NCBI GenBank assembly: GCA_963575745.1
Contig: CAUYUJ010000092.1
Location: forward strand, 496,001-560,000
DNA: 64,000 nucleotides
Origin: Prorocentrum cordatum
Lineage: Eukaryota
Reading direction: 5' to 3'
Shown piece after piece: positions 37,401 through 49,400 of the stretch (position 1 is its first letter; each line of letters opens with the position of its first letter). Below the pieces are notes generated by a model. The model was not told where the DNA came from. It ran no database searches and saw only the letters and a list, made by a program, of their open reading frames with translations. The translations under genes were made by a program, and so were the position numbers.

Positions 37401-40400
37401 TACGAGGATGCCGTGGAGTCGATCATCCATCACTTGGTGACGTCGCCCTACCACGAGCTCGAGCGCTCCGAGGCTGAATCGGCCGTCGACTTCAACTTGA
37501 TCGAGTCCTGGGAGGTCGACAAGAAGAAGTGGGCCGAGGAGCAGGACAGGTGGCAGAAGAAGCAGCGCAAGAGCTTGCCGTGGCAGCCCACCGCGGAGCC
37601 CGCCATCAGCGCGCCGCCGACGGGTGCTGGCACGGGTCGCATCACGCTCTCGGAGATGCAGGTGAGGGCCTGCGTCGACTCGCTGAAGCGTGCCAAGGTC
37701 TCGGCGGAGAGCGCGGCCAACCTCTGCGCCAAAGCGGCTCGGGCGTTCAACGAGGAGGTCACGTGCATCCAGCAGTGCGTCGAGGTGATCGAGTCGTACG
37801 TCCAGCCGACGCGCGTGCTCCCCCTGCGCTAGGCTGCTGGCGGAGCTCAGGTTTTGGCCACGCGCGTCGGCGCCTCGCTTAGCACGCCCACGTCGGGTGC
37901 TCATTCGCGGGCTCGGACGCCGAATCTTTGCTGGGAACACCAGCACACCTTCCTCGTCGCTGCGCTCATCATCTTGGATCATTGTCACGAGCGGTTCACT
38001 CGCTGATCGGCGGATCATCCGCCAAGGGAAGGGCATCGGCGGGTCGACCGCCATACAGCGGATCATTCGCTACTCAACGATGTGACCGATAACAACCGAT
38101 AACGACCGATAGCGTTTCGATAACGATGTTATCGGATCGACCGATAACAACCGATAACGCCGATAACGCTATGTTATCGGCAACGAAACCACATCCGATA
38201 ACATCAAAATAACATCCGATAACGTCCGATAACGTCCGATAACGTCCGATAACGGTTATCGGAGCCGAAATTGCATCCGATAACGTTGTTATCGGGTGTT
38301 ATCGGTGATCGTTAACGGATGTTATCGCATGTTAGCGCGACATCCGATAACTGTTATCGGTATGTTATCGGTTGTTATCGGATGGTATCGGATGTTATCG
38401 GTATGTTATCGGGCTTATCGGATGTCATCGGCCGTCATCGTCACATCATGATGGCCCCGAGAGGGTTCGCTTCCGCAAACGCATAGCCATTTTTTTGAAA
38501 GCCTAATGTACGCCCATGTTGTTGATGCAACGGGTTGGCGCTATGGCGCGCACGCAAGCATGACCATTGGTCTTTGGGCGCGTCCCCATGGGAGCTTGAT
38601 AGAGGCGCGGCAGCAGCAAAGCTTGGGAAGCTGTTGATGGCACGCGGTGTCGCGACGCGCAACTGAAACCATTTTGGCGGCAGGGCACCAACGCGTGACG
38701 CTCTCATTACCCAGAGAAGCACGACGGTGTGACCCAGAAGTAACGACGGGCCGCTGCTGCTGAAAATCGCCTCCTGAGGCATTGATCGGGGCATGTACGG
38801 GAGATGCACGACGGCCGCCAAACAGGAATCACAACGGGTCATGTTTGCAACAACCCCCTCCTGAAGCAATGACTGGGTTACGTATGCACGTGAGGTACAC
38901 GGCGGCACCCACCCAGTAAAGACGACAAGTCTTTTTTGCTACAATACCCCCTGAGGCACTGATTGGGGCATGTAAGTAAGGCGCACGACGACCGCAATCC
39001 AGGAAAGACGACGAGCCGATTTTGCTACAATCTCCAACTGCGGCACTGAAGGCGGTGTAAACCAGATACATGACGGGCGCGACCCAAGAATCGCGACGGA
39101 CCGTTTTGCTACAACCCCCTTCTGAAGCGCTGATTGGGGCTCTCCCAGACGGCACTGGAGGGCCACCGCAATGCCCGAGGGCTCAGGAAGCTCTGGGAGG
39201 GGTCGACGAAGGCGCCAGAAGGGCCTCCAACAACACGTCGTCGCAACAGCACGGCCTCGCGGCGCCGCCACGGCACGGCGTCGTAACGGGGCGGCTCCTC
39301 TAGGCCCCCTCCTCTTTCTCCTCGCCATCCTCCCTCTTATCTCCCCTCTTGATGCTATGTCCCCCCTCTCTGTACCTGTCGCAACGCTGCACGCGTCGCT
39401 GCCCAACGGGATTGCCCGGGGGGGGGGGGGCGGGAAGTGGATCCACAAACGCGCAACAGGTGATCCACAAACCGCGCCAGGCAATTTTCATACCCCCGGA
39501 GGACCCCCCGCTCGCGCGATCCACAAACTGCGCTTGCACGTGCACGCGCGTCGCCTCCAAAACTTGATCCTTAAACTTGATCCTTAAAATTATATATTGA
39601 TTTTAAACAGAAAATCTGTGGATCAGTTTTCGGGGGGAGATTTTGGCGATTACGTAGCACCCCAAAATTGCGGATAGGAGTGAGGGCGCGGGCGGGCGGG
39701 CGCAGCGCCTGCGACCGCCCCGCAACCAACCCGCCTCGCCACCCGCCCGCGACCCATCGGCCAATGTGACATGAGAGAAAATGCCCTTCCCAGGCCGTAT
39801 CGACCCTCTTGGACCCTTCCCAGGGCCCTCGGAAGTGCCCAAGAGAGCCCGTGACGGCTCCAAAAAACTGCCGAGAGCGGTATCGCGAAGCCTCTCTCGC
39901 GTGACCGATCTCGGAGCCCTCTTGGGAGCCTGTCGGGGCCCTCTTGGAACCTCTTTGAGCCCTCTCGGCGCCCTCTTGGACCTTTCCCAGGGCCCTCGGA
40001 AGGGCCCAACAAAGCCCCAAGACAGCTCCAGGAGGCTCCCAAAAGCGGTCACGCGAAGCCTCTCTCACGTGACCGATCTTTGGGCCCTCTTGAGGCCCGC
40101 TTGGGGCCCTCATTGGAGCCCTCTTGGAGCCTCTTGGAACCCTCTCGGGGCCCTCTGGACCCTTCCTGGGGCCCTCGGGAGGGTCCAAGAGGGCCCCAAG
40201 ACAGCCCCGGGAGGCACCCCAAGAGCGGTTACGCGAAACCTCTCTCGCGTGACCGATCTCGGGGCCCTCTTAGGAGCCTCTTAAATCATCTTCGACTTTC
40301 TGGGAGCTCGCTTTGGGCCTTTTTGGACTCTTCCCAAGGCACTCGGAGGGGCCCAGCAGGGCCCCAAGACGGCTCCAGGAGGCTCCCAAGACCGGTCACG

Positions 40401-43400
40401 CGAAACCTCTCTCGCGCGACCTACCTTGGGGCCCTCTTGGGGCCCTCTTGGAGCTGTCTCGGAGCCATCTTGGGCGCTTCCGAGGGCCCTCAGACGGCTC
40501 CCAGAGAGCCCCAAGACAGCTCCAAGGGAGCCCCGGGGGCAATCACTCAGGGGACCGAACGACTCACCCGCGCCGCGACCCACCCGCAACCCACCCGCGA
40601 CCCACCCGCGACCCATCGGCGCCGCGAGCCACCCGCGACCCACCCGCGCCGCGACCCGGCCGAGTTGCCGATGCGCAAACTCAAAACACATGCGCGCTGT
40701 TTTCAGGGGCGCGTTTGTGGCGTTGGTTATGGCTCAGGGAGCGGGTAGACGTGAGTCATCGCCCTCCTCCGCGGTTTCAGATATTTTGCCGCCCGCCATC
40801 TTGGACATCCACCTTCGCCCGCCCTGAAGCTCAAACCGAGCGTGCGAATGAAATCGAAACAAATCCTCCTTTTCCTCTGGCACACTGAGCGTGGTACTCC
40901 GTTTATCTTACCCCTCCCTCGTCTCGATTGAAACCGTTCTGCTATAACGAAGCGCGACTCGATAGGATCCGTTCTTCTCTTCTCTCCGCGCCTTCGCGTA
41001 CCTCCAGGGGAAAACATTTGCACAGATCGTGTTCTGGACCAGTTGTTTTTTTCTCTCCACGTACCGCATCCTCCTCTCCTCCATCCGCAGCCGTTGTGCT
41101 TGCAGGGCAACGCGCGCGGGCTCCTTGCTTCTGCGCCCCCGTGTCCCATCTCGCCTCTCGCGGTTCCGATGTCGCTGCAGTTGGCCTTGATGCCACCGCC
41201 TGCCGCGGCGCCCGTGCCGACGGCTAAGGCCAAGGGCAAGGCCAAAGCCAAGGCCAAGTCGAAGAGCAAGACGGCCACCGTCGAGATGGCGAATGACGCA
41301 ACAGTTGCTTGGTGGACAAAGTTCAAGTCGCCTGGGTCGGTTGTCTCTGGCTCGGAGGCTGCCGATAGCCCGACGGCGACGACGCTGGCGCTCGCAGCTC
41401 CTGAGGTGGCCGACTTGGGAGACTTCGAGGATGCGCCCGAAGGCGACGATGTTGCCTCGTCGGGGGCCGCTGCCTCGTCCGAACCGCTTGCCGTCGAAGA
41501 CGCCGCCTGCTCGCCGACTCCGACTCAGGAGGTGGCAGACAAGGCTTCTCCCCCGGTGCTCAAGCCGACTCCCACTCCAGGCGAGGTCTTCGTCTGGCAA
41601 GGTCCTGAGGTCAAGCACGAGCCGTCGAACCCAACGTGCTACAGGTGCAAGCAAGAGGTCGATGTCTTGAGGGCACCACTGATTGGGAAAGGCCAGGGCT
41701 CGTGGAAGTGCGAAAAGTGCAACACGCGCGGAACGCAGTTGTCCCGCTTGTTCGGATCGTGGCCACCTGCCAGCTTCAGGAGGCTTGACTCCTCAGTGCA
41801 AGCGAAGTTCTGGCAAGATGCAAAGGAGAAGGCTGGTAAGGATCAGCTCGAGGAGCTGTTCGTCCAGACTCTCACGACGACTCGGATCGAGCAGGAGGTT
41901 GCCCAAGTGGGCGGGGAGTATCTGCCGTTGTCAGTTTACGCCCAGCGTGGGTTCGATGTTACACGCATCGAGAAGGAGTGCAAGGACACCGAGGAACACA
42001 AGATCCTCGGAACTTGCTACCGCGTGGACATCAGGGGTGGCTATTCGAAAACGATCGAGCAGCTCGCCCGCGCCGAGGTGCAGGAGCTGAAAGCGAAGGC
42101 GAAGGCGCCGCCTCCGACGCAGCCGACGCAGCCAGCTCCAGGCAAGAGCGAATCAGATGATTCGGAAAGCGGCTCGAACAAGACGAGCAGCAAGAAGGGG
42201 AATAAGTCGAAGAAACAGAAGAAATCCAAGAAGCAGTCCAAGAAATCCAAGAAGGCCGACAAGAAGGACAAGCGCGACAGGAAGGACAAGAAGTCCAAGA
42301 AGCGCGCAGCGTCCTCGACCTCGGATTCGGATTCGGACTCGAAGTCTGAGAATGACAAGGGCCTGCAGGCGAAACAGAGGAAGCTCGAGCAAGAGAAAGC
42401 CAAACAGGCCAAGAAGAACGTTGCCCTGGCGACCCGCGTCTTGTGCAAGATCGAGAGGCCCCGGATTTCTCTTGATCGCGATCTCAAGGATCCGATGTCG
42501 AAGCACGTGCCGAAGTACACCATCGATCCAGCCAAGAAAAAGCTCAAGGAGCTTGAGAAGCTTTACTCTGAGTTCAGGAAGGTCCACGACGAGCGTGGCA
42601 TGGGGGGTGAGGTGACGACAACGGTGGCTGAAGTGGATGACCTTGTGAAGACTTCGATCGAAGCTGCCGCGCTCCTTTCCAAGCTGCTGAGCACTGCGAA
42701 GAGCAACGTTCCGAGCGGGGACGACGTGTAGGCTCTCCCCGTCTGCGTCTGCCGTGACCGCCCGTCTTCTCACTGCCCGTCTGAGTCTCTGCGGAGACGA
42801 CGTGTTAGGTCGGCGCTGCAGTCGCGCGGGAGGCACCGTGCATGCTTCCAGCCAGCTTTGGCTTCAGGTCCGCCCTGACGACGAGGGGCTGACATGACCC
42901 AGCGCTCGATTAGCCCTGCAGTTTGCCATGACGTGGGTAGTGCCACGGATGGCGCCCGACCGCGCGAGCCCCGACTGCACTTGCTAGTCTCAGGGGACAC
43001 GCCGCGATCACGGGATAGCGCTCAGTTTGCAGTAGCGCTCGGGGTTAACTCACACCGACTTCAATGGGAAGTTGCTCGTGGAAAACCCATCGATAAAAAA
43101 AGCGGTTCAACCGCTCGGCGGATCATCCGCCAATCATTTTCTTCCTCTTCTCAAGCTCAGCCGCGGCTCAACCGCTGAAAAATCCATCAATCAAAAAAAA
43201 GCGGATCAACCGCTCGGCGGATCATCCGCCAATCATTTTCTTCCTCTTCTCAAGCTCAGCAGCGGTTCAATCGCTGAGCAGGTTATCCGCTAGTCGCTCA
43301 TTCCTTTCGTCGGCCATTTCTTCCTCTCATCCACCGTACTTCCATTCCTCCTCCTCCTCCTCTTCCTCGGAGTCACAAGGACTTATTGGCCTCGGTGCAA

Positions 43401-46400
43401 GGGGGGGTGGAACGACCCAGACGACGTCGACGAGGGGTCGCGTTCCACCCCCCGAGGGTTAAAACTGAGGCCAAACTGGGGCCTCAGTTTTAACCCTCAA
43501 GCGGGCCAGGTCACCGTAGGCCATGGGCGTATACGCTGTCCTTTCATCTGATCGCTCCTGATCGCTCCTTCCTTGCGTTCCCCGTGCTTCCATTCCACGC
43601 CTCCTCCCGCTCCTCTCCCTCCTCCTCCTCTCCCTCCTCCTTCGCCTCGCCCCCTTTCACACATCCCTTCCCCTCACTCCCCCATCATCCTTCTCCTGCT
43701 GCTTGTGCTGATGTAGGTTCAGCATCTCCGCCCCGTCGTTCTTTCCGCAGCCATTTCAGCATCGGGCGATCGGCGCCCTGTCCCGCCTCCCGCCCCTCCA
43801 CCGCTGCCTCCCCGCTCGCCTCTGTCGGCCATGGAGCCGCTCGCGAAACGGCAGAGGATCCTCGATATGTTGAGCAGGCGGAACTTCAGCGAGAGCGACG
43901 TCGTGGCGGCGCTCGCCGCGCTGGGAAGAGATGAAGCGGCGTCTCGGCGAGATGTGCGGGAGTGCGTGGATACGTTCACTGCGGACGTTCTCGTTCAGCT
44001 TACGCTGCAAAAGCAGGGTGGCGACGCCTTTGACTGGACCATCGCCAAGTATCAACTTCTCCTCCCGAGGTGTCTTGCCCAGTGCGCGGGTTTCAGAGAG
44101 GAGTTCGAGAATGCAGTGGCGAGGTCACCGAATAGTTTCGACAGGCCGTGGCGCCTGGCGCTGTACATAGATGACGTGGTGCCTGGCGATGTTTTGAGGT
44201 TGAACAACAAGCGAAAGACCACGTGCTGGTATATAGGCATACTTGAGATGGGACGCTATCTGCGATGCGAAGAGGCATGGCTGCCCGTTGGCGTGCTGCG
44301 CGCCACCATCGCTAAAGATCTGCAGGGAGGCTTCCCAGCTGCGGCCAAGGCGCTCCTGCGTTCGCTCCTGCTCGGCTCCGACAGCGTCGCCGTGGCAGGC
44401 GTCAGCGTGCCGTGCGGTGGCCAATCGCGGATTATGCATTTCAAGTTTCAGCGGTTGATCGGTGACGAAGTTGCGACGAAAGCGTTCTTCGACACGAAAG
44501 GCTTTGGCGGCATTAGGTGTTGTTCCATATCGTGCAAGAACGTAGTGAAGCTGAACAAAGATGGCGTGACTGATTCGCTCGCCGATCATCAGACTGGCAC
44601 GTACCTGGTCGACGTTTCGTGCTCTGACCCCTCGCAGTTCGACCCGATGTCAGACGAGGACGTTTGGCGCACGCACGATATTCTGGATGCCGTGCGCAGG
44701 AATGGGGGTGCGTTGAAAAAGGCACAGACAACGATGGGATTTTCTTTGAACGAACACGGCGTTCTGGCCGACAAGGATCTTCGCCCACACGTGTTTCCAC
44801 ATTCCTGCCTGCTGCGCGATTGCATGCACGTGTACCTGGCAGGCGGCATCGTGAATATCGAGATTGGCTTGCTTTTTAATGGTGTTGCTGAGTGTACTCC
44901 TGGTTTTTCCTTCCGTTTGCTGAAGACGTTCGCCGAGGCCGACTGGCATTGGAACCCAGGAGGGCTGACCAGGAGCGAGTTCGCTGACATATTCAACGGG
45001 TCTCGGGAGATGGCGTGGAAATCAAGCGGTGTCTTTCGCGCGGGGGCATCTGAACTCTTGTCTGCATTCCCATTCATCAGATACTTTGTTGTTGAACACG
45101 TTCCCGCGCACAAGGTGCAGTTGGAGCGCCAGAGCTACCTCCGTCTCTGTGACGTTCTGGACAGCATCAACGAGGCAAAGCACTATTCCACGCCCGTTGC
45201 TATGAAAGATATCATGCGGCGTGCAGTTGGCCGTTTCCTTGACGCGCATAAGGCCGCGTACCGCCTCGACTCCATCGTCCCAAAACACCATTATCAGTGG
45301 CACGCTGTGTCAGACCAAGAGGACGACATATTTCTTGATTGCTTTGTGCACGAAAGGAAGAACAAGATCGTGAAGCAATCAATGACCCACATCGCGAACA
45401 CGGCGGCATTCGAGAAAAGCTCGGTCCAGCAGCTTCTCGTCAAGGTGTTCCCAGCGATGGACAAAGTCAGGATGACCGAATTGTGCGAGCCCGTGGCGGT
45501 GAGCCAGCCGTTGTCCGACAAGTTTGGCCAGGTTTGCGTCGTGTCCAAACAGATGAGGTGGCGGGGCTTGCTGCTCAGAGTTGGCAGCGTGGTTTTCATT
45601 CAGAACGCGGCGGTCGAGGTTCAAGCGTGCTTGTCCGCTGGTGGCGTTCTAGCGCTTATCGTGGGAAAGCTTGCGCTGGTGCGTCGCGAGCCGCTCGGTG
45701 GGTACTCTATCTGGACTAGAACGGGACAGTCGGAGCTCCTGGTGCCCGAGGGCGCGCGCAAGGCGACTGGATGGTTCCTCAAGAGCGACAACGCGCTGGT
45801 GGTGATTCACTGAGCTCGGAGAAAATCATCTTGAAAAAAAAAGCGGATCAGCCGCTGTAGCGGATTACCCGCTCATCCGCCCCTCCTCATCATCGTGCTC
45901 ACCACCGTCATCATCATCACCGTCGCTCCTCCACGTCATTTTTTGTCAGTTGGCCCAGGGAAAAAAAGCAACGGCCGCTAGCGGATAAGCCGCCACATGC
46001 GTCGCGTCCCCCCCTCCTTCCACGTCTTCCTCCGCCGCCTGCCTCTCCGCTCGGCTCTCCTCCTTCATTTTCTGTGCCGCGAGTTTTTTTTTCTGCGTCA
46101 GCCCGTTCAGGTGGCCCTTCTTAGGTTAGTTAACTTAGTTGACTTATTTGAAACACTTATTTTTTGTATATGTTGCATGTTATGTCGGATACATATCCCT
46201 AGGTATGTTCTATCCGCAGATGTTATGGACATGTCAACACCTATAAGGTACTATATTGATAATGCAAACATGTCCAGACATATAACTAGGGATCGTGTTG
46301 CTTATAACAAGGGATATCGCAGGTTATAAATCGTACAAGCTACAACAACTCTGTCGGCCATCCAAGTGGAGCGGCCCACAACGGCGGCGGCGAGGGCAAC

Positions 46401-49400
46401 TGTGACGCCCCGGCTGGGCAAGCCCCGCCGGCAGCGTGCGGCATGCGCCCGAGCTGGCTCCCACGGCCTCGCTCCGTCTGCGATGGCGCGGTGCTGACGC
46501 TGGCTCTCGCGGCGGCGTCGGCGCCGGCGCCGGCGTTGGCGGTGGCGTTGGGTTCGGCGTAGGCGGTGGCGCTGGCAGCGCCTGCATCGGCATCGAAGGC
46601 GTCGGCGTCGGCGCTGGCGTCAGTGCTGGCGCTGATGTTGGCGTGGGCCGTGATGCTGGTGCCGACCTCAACGCGGGCGTCCGTGCTGGTGCCGGGTCCC
46701 CCGTCGGAGAACCCGGCGCCAGGCCTGGGCCAATCCCCTCGGCCAATCCAATCACAACACCACAGTCCATGGAGCCTGCCGTTGAGCCCAGCCACACCCT
46801 TGAAGTTGGACTGGGGCACGCTCTCGGATACCAGAGTGCTGCAAGGCCCAAGCGCGCTTTGGGATGCGGGCGCACTGATGGGCGTCAGCGTGCCTGTCGG
46901 ATCCCACGTACTGTCGAGCGCCCGCGTGCCCTCGACAGGGGGCCCGGCCCCGCGCCTCACCAGGGCGTGCGCGCAATCCTCCACGTGATCCGAAGGTATG
47001 CGAACGGTAAGGTTTCCAGCCACCGCCAACCCCGCCGCTGGGACGTCGCCCCTAAGGCTCGTACCCACGCGGCTAAGCCCCGCCGGCATGACCAACGCCG
47101 GCTGGGCGGCACGGGCAGCCACGAAGCTGAACCGCGTAGCGCCCGCCTCATGGTGCGTGCCTCGGTGTGCGACTACGCCCGCGGTCGCGTCGTCGGCACC
47201 GAAGGCGCCGTCGCTGGCGCCGGGACCGGCGGCGGCGCCGGCGTAGGCGCGGGCCCCAGTGCCAGCGCGGGCGTCGTCGGCGGTGCGGGCAGCGGTTCCA
47301 ATGTAGACGGTCATGCCGATGTCGGCGTCGGTGCTGGTTTCTGCGCTGGTCTCGGCGTCGGCGTAGGCGCCGTTGGCGTCGACGTCGGCGGTGGCGGAGG
47401 CGGAGTCGCCCTCGCGGCAGTCCTCGCAGCTTGGCGGGCGCGGAGCGGCCTGCAGCGGCGGCGGCTCGGCGTCGGACCAGGCGGCGGCTCCGGCATAGGC
47501 GTCGGCGTTGGCGCCGTCGCCGGCGTTGATGTCGGCGAAGGCGGGGACGTTGGCGTCGGCGCTCGCGTCGTAGGATGCGGCCTTGGTGCCAGCCTGAGCC
47601 TCGGCATCGGTGTCGGCGTCGGCGCCGGCTTCGCCGCTGGCGCTGATGTTGGCGCAGGCGGTGACGACGGGGTCGACGACGGCGGCGGCGTCGGTGCCGG
47701 GAACGGGGCCCCTGTCGGGGCCCGCGGCACCGAGCCTGGTCCAGTCCCAGTCCCGAACCTCGTCGGCCTCCGCGTCCGTCTTGACCCCGTCCGTCCCCGC
47801 AGCCCTCCTCGAGCCCTCGACGTCGGCGTTGGCGTCGGCGGTGGGGGAGGCGGAGTCGCGCTTGAGGTGGTCCTCGTGGCTCGGCAAGCGCGGAGCGGCC
47901 TGCCGCGGCGGCGGGGAGGGCAGCCGCGACGCTCCAGCTGGGCAAGCCCCGCCAGCAACGTACGGCACGCGCCTGAACTGGCCTCCACGGCCTCGCTCAG
48001 GCGGGGAGCAAACGCGCCCCAACCGCGCGGCGCCGGCTCGCCGGCGCGTGGCCGCGCTCGCGAAGGGCGCGAGACGCGTGCGGCGCGCTGAGCGCGACCG
48101 AAAGCAGAACTGGCAGCGCGCGCGCGCGAGAGCGCCCGCGCGAGCTGCACGGAGCCTGCGGAGCCAAGCCCGTGCGTGCGGAGGCGCGGAGCAGGTGGCG
48201 CAGTCGCCGACGTTAGGGCCAGCGTCGGCGCCGGCGGCAGTGTGGGCGCCGGTGCCCGTGCAGACGTCCCTGTCGGCGTCGGCGTTGGTCCCAGCGCCTG
48301 CGCTGGTATCGGTGCCGACGCCGGCTCTCGCAGCGGCGTCGGCGCTTGCGCCGGCGTCGGCGCTGGCGTTGGTTTCGGCGTAGGCGGTAACGCCGGCAGC
48401 GCCTGCATCGGTAGCGGAGGCGTCGGCGCTAGCGTCGGTGCTGGCGCTGATGTTGGCGTAGGCCGTGATGCTGGTGCCGACCTCAGCGCAGGCGTTGGTG
48501 CTAGTGCTAGGTCCCACGTCAGGGAACCCGGCGCCATGCTTGGACCAACCCATAGCCCAGACCTCGCCGGCCACTGAGCTGGCGTGGGCGATAGCGTCGA
48601 TGTCGGCGCCTGCGCCGGCAGCCGAGGAGGCGGCGGTGCCCGCGCGGCCCTCGGAGCCGATGGCGTTGATGCCGGCATCGGCGGTGATGTTGGGAGCGTT
48701 GGCGCTGGCGCCCGTGCTGGCGGCTGCGGAGGCGGCAACGTCCTCATCGGTGTCGGAGCCGGAGGTGCAGTCGTCGGCATCCAGCCTGGCGGCGGCCCCG
48801 GCGTAGGCGTCGGCCCTGGCGCCGTCGCTGTCGTTGATGCCGGCGCAGGCGGGGACGTCGGGGGCGGCGGCGCCGGTGTCGTAGGTGGGCCCGGTGCCAG
48901 CCTGAGCGTCGGCATCGATGTCGGCGTCGGCGCTGGCGTCGGCGTTGGCGCTGATGTTGGCGCCGGCGGTGACGACGGTGCCGACGACGGCGGCGGCGTC
49001 GGTGCGGGGGACGGGGCCCTCGTCGGGGCCCGCGGCGCCGAGCCTGGTCCAGTCCATGTCCCAAACCTCGTCGGCCTCCACGTCCGTCTCGGCCTCGGCC
49101 GTCTCCGCGGCCCTCCACGTGCCCGCGGTGATGCTCACGATCCCCTGCCCCCCGATGATGGTGCAGGCGGCGACATCGGTGACGAAATCGGCGGCGTCGT
49201 TGGTGCCGGAAACGGGGCCCCTGTCGGTGCCCGCGGTGCCGTGCGTGGTCCAATCCATGTCCCAAACCTCGTCGGCCTCCACGTCCGTCTCGGCCTCGGA
49301 TCCGATCTCCATGAGGCCCCGCGCCTGCTCCGCGGCGGGGTGGCGGCGAGCCCCCACTAACAGTTGCTGCCCCACCTCCAGGGCCTCGTGGGCCTCGCGG

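Larger units (their letters stand above)
32620..46366 (+). mobile_element. 13.7-kb CMC/EnSpm(CACTA)-like DNA transposon with five co-oriented ORFs
   Basis: Perfect 33-bp TIRs CTTGGATGGCCGACAGAGTTGTTGTAGCTTGTA (32620-32652 / 46334-46366). TG duplicated at 32618-19 and 46367-68. The reconstructed empty site ggcaggcgTGgagcggccc matches the uninterrupted paralogous repeat near 29000-29020. Confidence 0.93.

Noticed and set aside
33739..42731. Fanzor/TnpB or other RNA-guided nuclease among the transposon accessory ORFs
   Set aside because: No RuvC D-E-D motif pattern is recognisable. The ORF D CxxC ribbon is N-terminal/central and not followed by a RuvC-III motif. A profile search would be needed to exclude remote homology.
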